Source of the DNA: Hyphomicrobiaceae bacterium
GTDB lineage: Bacteria; Pseudomonadota; Alphaproteobacteria; Rhizobiales; Hyphomicrobiaceae
NCBI GenBank assembly: GCA_965222485.1
Contig: CBDCUC010000040.1
Span: 1,534,245 to 1,598,244 of the forward strand
DNA length: 64,000 nucleotides
Direction: 5' to 3'
Positions 60,043 through 64,000 of this stretch are shown here, piece by piece. Positions within the stretch are counted from its first letter, which is position 1, and each line of letters opens with the position of its first letter. The translations under genes and the position numbers were made by a program. The notes beneath the pieces are model-generated. The model searched no databases, was not told the DNA's origin, and was given only the letters and a program-made list of their open reading frames with translations.

Positions 60043-60888
60043 ATGAGCAGGTTGGCCAAAAATAGTATGGCTTTTTGCGCAATGGTGATGGCGGCCGCAT
60101 TGGCTGGCTGTTCCTCGTCCAGCGGTTTGCAAGAGGCGCTCAATCCTGATCCACCCGGGCAAATGTATGCGGAAGCGGACGCTCTGCTCGTGCGAGGCAA
60201 GCATAACAGGGCGGCGAAAAGGTTTGAGGAACTCGATCGCGATCACCCGTATGCACCTGAGGCGCGCCGTGCCATGGTTATGGCGGCTTACGCTCACTAC
60301 AAGGCAGGCAAATATCCAGAAGCAATTGCTGCTGCCAAACGTTACACAACGTTGCACCCTGGAACCAAGGAAGCCGCGCTCGCCCATCACATTATTGCTT
60401 CGGCTCACTTCGATGAGATACGCGATCCCAAACGCGATCAATCCGCGACGCGCAAGGCATTGCAGGAGCTGAAGACGCTCAGGCAACGTTATCCGGATAG
60501 CAAGTATGCGCAGGAAGCAGACAACAGAATTCGGGTTGCGGAGGATACGCTTGCTGCGGCCGAAATGGAGGTTGGGCGCTATTATCTAGAGCGCAAGAAC
60601 TACGTCGCTTCCATCAACCGGTTCAAAACGGTCGTGTCGCAATACCAGACGACGGCGCATGTCGAAGAGGCGTTGATGCGTCTGACGGAGGCGTACATGG
60701 CGCTGGGCATCAAGAACGAAGCGCAGAACGCCGCTGCTGTTCTTGGACACAACTTCCCTAATTCACCTTGGTACAAGGATGCCTACACGCTGCTTGCATC
60801 CGACGGTCTTGCGCCCCGCAACGATTCGGGCTCGTGGCTGTCCAAGGCATGGAATTCATTGCCTAGCTTGTCGCTTAGCGGAACCTGA
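60043..60888 (+). CDS. bamD: outer membrane protein assembly factor BamD (ComL-like TPR lipoprotein)
   Basis: Lipoprotein signal MAFCAMVMAAALAGCSS followed by TPR-like helices (...YAEADALLVRGKHNRAAKRFEEL...YKAGKYPEAIAAAKRY...). It immediately follows lpxC, as in many alphaproteobacteria. Confidence 0.85.
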   Translation: MSRLAKNSMAFCAMVMAAALAGCSSSSGLQEALNPDPPGQMYAEADALLVRGKHNRAAKRFEELDRDHPYAPEARRAMVMAAYAHYKAGKYPEAIAAAKRYTTLHPGTKEAALAHHIIASAHFDEIRDPKRDQSATRKALQELKTLRQRYPDSKYAQEADNRIRVAEDTLAAAEMEVGRYYLERKNYVASINRFKTVVSQYQTTAHVEEALMRLTEAYMALGIKNEAQNAAAVLGHNFPNSPWYKDAYTLLASDGLAPRNDSGSWLSKAWNSLPSLSLSGT

Positions 60889-61265
60889 TGCGCTGCAGCC
60901 GACGTGCGTCCGCCGGTCATTCAAAATTTCTATAACCAGTGTGGGAGGCAGATCTCGATCTGCCAGTGATGCTCCGGCGCGTGCCGTTCTATGCGCGTTG
61001 CGCAACATTATAGTCAATCTCATCAACATGCTCCGCCGTAATGCGCTAACTGCGGCCGTGGCCCACTCGGGGCGAGCGGAGATTGTCTCATTCCCGGACC
61101 TCTGTAATATGGACGTAAGCCGAACCGACGGGGAAGCGAAGGCTTCGCAACCAGCGTAAGGTTCTTTTGTCTCCAGCACGTGGAGGTGCCGGTTCGTTCG
61201 CGCCGTCGGCCATCTGCCCAGCCACGACGTGCCGCCCGTGAGCTCTAGTGAGGATAAAATCCCAG

Positions 61266-61898
61266 ATGAAATTCTATGATTGCAAACCAGTGCCAAGCGC
61301 GCGGTTCGTCCGCATGTTCATTGCCGAAAAAGGGCTGGAGGTGGAGACCATTGAAGTCGATCTGGGCTCGGGTGCCCATCTGCAGCCGGACTTCAAGCAT
61401 ATAAACCCCTATTGCACAGTACCTGTTCTGGAAACCGATAGCGGCCTGCGTCTCACCTCGACACAGGGTTGTTGGCGCTATTTAGAGGCCCATACGACGG
61501 CGCCTGCCTTGCTCGGCGTTACTGCTGAGGAAAAGGCGGTGATTGCCGACCGCATTTGGCGTATCGATCTCGACGGCTTTTTCGCAGTGGCAGACGCTCT
61601 GCGCAATACGGGGGAGGCATTTGAAAATCGCGCTTTGACGGGCCCCTTAAATTACTCCCAGATCCCCGAGCTTAGCGAACGCGGAGCGGTAAGGGTCAAA
61701 CACTTCCTTGAGACCTTCGAGCCGCTGTTGCTGGGTGATAACGACTACATTGCTGGCGACCGCTTTTCGGCCGCCGACATCATGGCATTTGTCACGATCG
61801 ACTTTACGGGCTGGGTTAAACAGGAATTGCCGCTCGACGCGAAGCGCGCCCGCGACTGGTATGAGCGGATCAAGGCCCGTCCAAGCGCGTCACTGTGA
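61266..61898 (+). CDS. glutathione S-transferase
   Basis: Thioredoxin-like N-domain MKFYD...SARFVRMFIAEKGLEVETIEVDL...VPVLE and an alpha-helical C-domain. The first 6 codons of the track ORF (from 61248) are probably not translated. Confidence 0.8.
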   Translation: MKFYDCKPVPSARFVRMFIAEKGLEVETIEVDLGSGAHLQPDFKHINPYCTVPVLETDSGLRLTSTQGCWRYLEAHTTAPALLGVTAEEKAVIADRIWRIDLDGFFAVADALRNTGEAFENRALTGPLNYSQIPELSERGAVRVKHFLETFEPLLLGDNDYIAGDRFSAADIMAFVTIDFTGWVKQELPLDAKRARDWYERIKARPSASL

Positions 61899-61951
61899 TA
61901 CTCGGGTCCGAATGACAGTCTTGATCTGAAGCAGCTTGAGGATCCGCGCGC

Positions 61952-62827
61952 ATGAGCGAGCCCGCCGACTACGCACCGCCGAAGATCTGGAAATGGGAGA
62001 AAGAAAGCGGCGGCCACTTCGCCGCTATCAACAGACCCATCGCTGGGTCCACACATGACAAGGATCTTCCGGTCGGCGAGCATCCGCTGCAACTTTACTC
62101 CTATGCAACGCCGAACGGTGTGAAGGCAGCCGTGATGCTGGAGGAATTGTTGGCGCTTGGTCACGAAGGTGCTGAGTACGATGCCTGGATGATTGACATC
62201 AACGAGGGGGATCAGTTCTCAAGTGGTTTCGTCGCCGCCAACCCGAATTCCAAGATCCCCACGCTTGTCGATCACAGCGTCGACCCGCCGATGCCGGTGT
62301 TCGAGTCGGGTGCGATCCTGCTCCATCTGGCGGAAAAGTTCGATGCCCTGCTGCCCGCCGATCCACACGATCGCAACGCAGCGATGTGTTGGCTGTTCTG
62401 GCAAATGGGCAGCGCACCATTTCTTGGTGGCGGGTTCGGTCATTTCTATACCTACGCGCCGTTTAAGATCGAGTACGCCATCGACCGCTACGCCATGGAA
62501 GTCAAACGTCAGATGGATGTGCTTGACCGCCACCTGGCCGAAAACGCGTTCTTGGCGGGAGAGCACTATTCCATCGCTGACATTGCCGTATGGCCTTGGT
62601 ACGGCGTGCTTACCAGGGGCCTGCTCTATGACGCGGGCGAATTCCTTCAGGTGAAGGACTACAAGCACGTCGTGGATTGGTCTGAACGGGTATTTGCGCG
62701 CCCTGCCGTCCAGCGCGGGCGCATGGTCAATCGCAATTGGGGTAAACCGGAACACCAATTGCACGAGCGTCATGCAGCTAGTGATTTCGATACAAAGACG
62801 CAGGACAAAGTACAGGCTGTGGAATGA
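61952..62827 (+). CDS. Nu-class glutathione S-transferase (YghU/YfcG-like GSH-dependent disulfide-bond oxidoreductase)
   Basis: At 291 aa it is longer than a typical GST. N-terminal extension ...KIWKWEKESGGHFAAINRPIAGS..., HPLQLYSYATPNGVKAAVMLEELL, and VFESGAILLHLAEKF. The pattern matches E. coli YghU-type enzymes as remembered. Confidence 0.75.
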   Translation: MSEPADYAPPKIWKWEKESGGHFAAINRPIAGSTHDKDLPVGEHPLQLYSYATPNGVKAAVMLEELLALGHEGAEYDAWMIDINEGDQFSSGFVAANPNSKIPTLVDHSVDPPMPVFESGAILLHLAEKFDALLPADPHDRNAAMCWLFWQMGSAPFLGGGFGHFYTYAPFKIEYAIDRYAMEVKRQMDVLDRHLAENAFLAGEHYSIADIAVWPWYGVLTRGLLYDAGEFLQVKDYKHVVDWSERVFARPAVQRGRMVNRNWGKPEHQLHERHAASDFDTKTQDKVQAVE

Positions 62828-62872
62828 GCCTTGTTAAAGTGCCATTGAGGGCATTGCCAGGCAGGCTGGTGA

Positions 62873-64000
<1,128 letters not shown>

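Noticed and set aside
59875-60486. 203-aa minus-strand ORF overlapping the bamD start region
   Set aside because: It is antisense to the BamD lipoprotein gene and lacks motifs. The lpxC-bamD spacer is more plausibly non-coding.
62219-62773. 184-aa minus-strand ORF
   Set aside because: It is antisense to the YghU-type GST gene, which has clear GST motifs.

Overview
This 64 kb window looks like a chromosomal segment from a high-GC alphaproteobacterium, probably of the Hyphomicrobiales/Rhizobiales type. That call rests on gene content and synteny only. The right third (37.8-59.5 kb) is a complete, co-directional division/cell-wall (dcw) cluster: mraZ-rsmH-ftsL-ftsI-murE-murF-mraY-murD-ftsW-murG-murC-murB-ddl-ftsQ-ftsA-ftsZ-lpxC. 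It is followed by bamD, two glutathione S-transferase genes and the 5' part of ligA. The left two thirds hold mixed metabolic, envelope and signalling genes. In order: a truncated FAD monooxygenase, a fused 5-oxoprolinase, a DjlA-like/AmpD/TerB/DUF4202 cluster, a membrane Ser/Thr kinase, a hybrid histidine kinase with response regulator, a frameshifted GAF histidine kinase, rnpB (RNase P RNA), acetoacetyl-CoA synthetase, a large outer-membrane beta-barrel plus beta-helix protein, an SPFH lipoprotein, and a three-gene operon of a tandem-PPC membrane protein, an FAH hydrolase and a cyclase. I found no transposases, integrases, tRNAs, rRNAs or CRISPR arrays. All protein calls come from reading the six-frame translations for remembered family motifs; I ran no database search. 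Many ORF-track entries are antisense or overlapping artefacts and are not reported. Several true starts lie inside the listed ORFs because the track also uses TTG/GTG starts and upstream in-frame extensions. The most unusual candidates are the inverse-autotransporter-like beta-helix protein, the membrane-anchored tandem-PPC operon, the kinase with an ER/K helix and polylysine tail, and the phased direct repeats upstream of mraZ.
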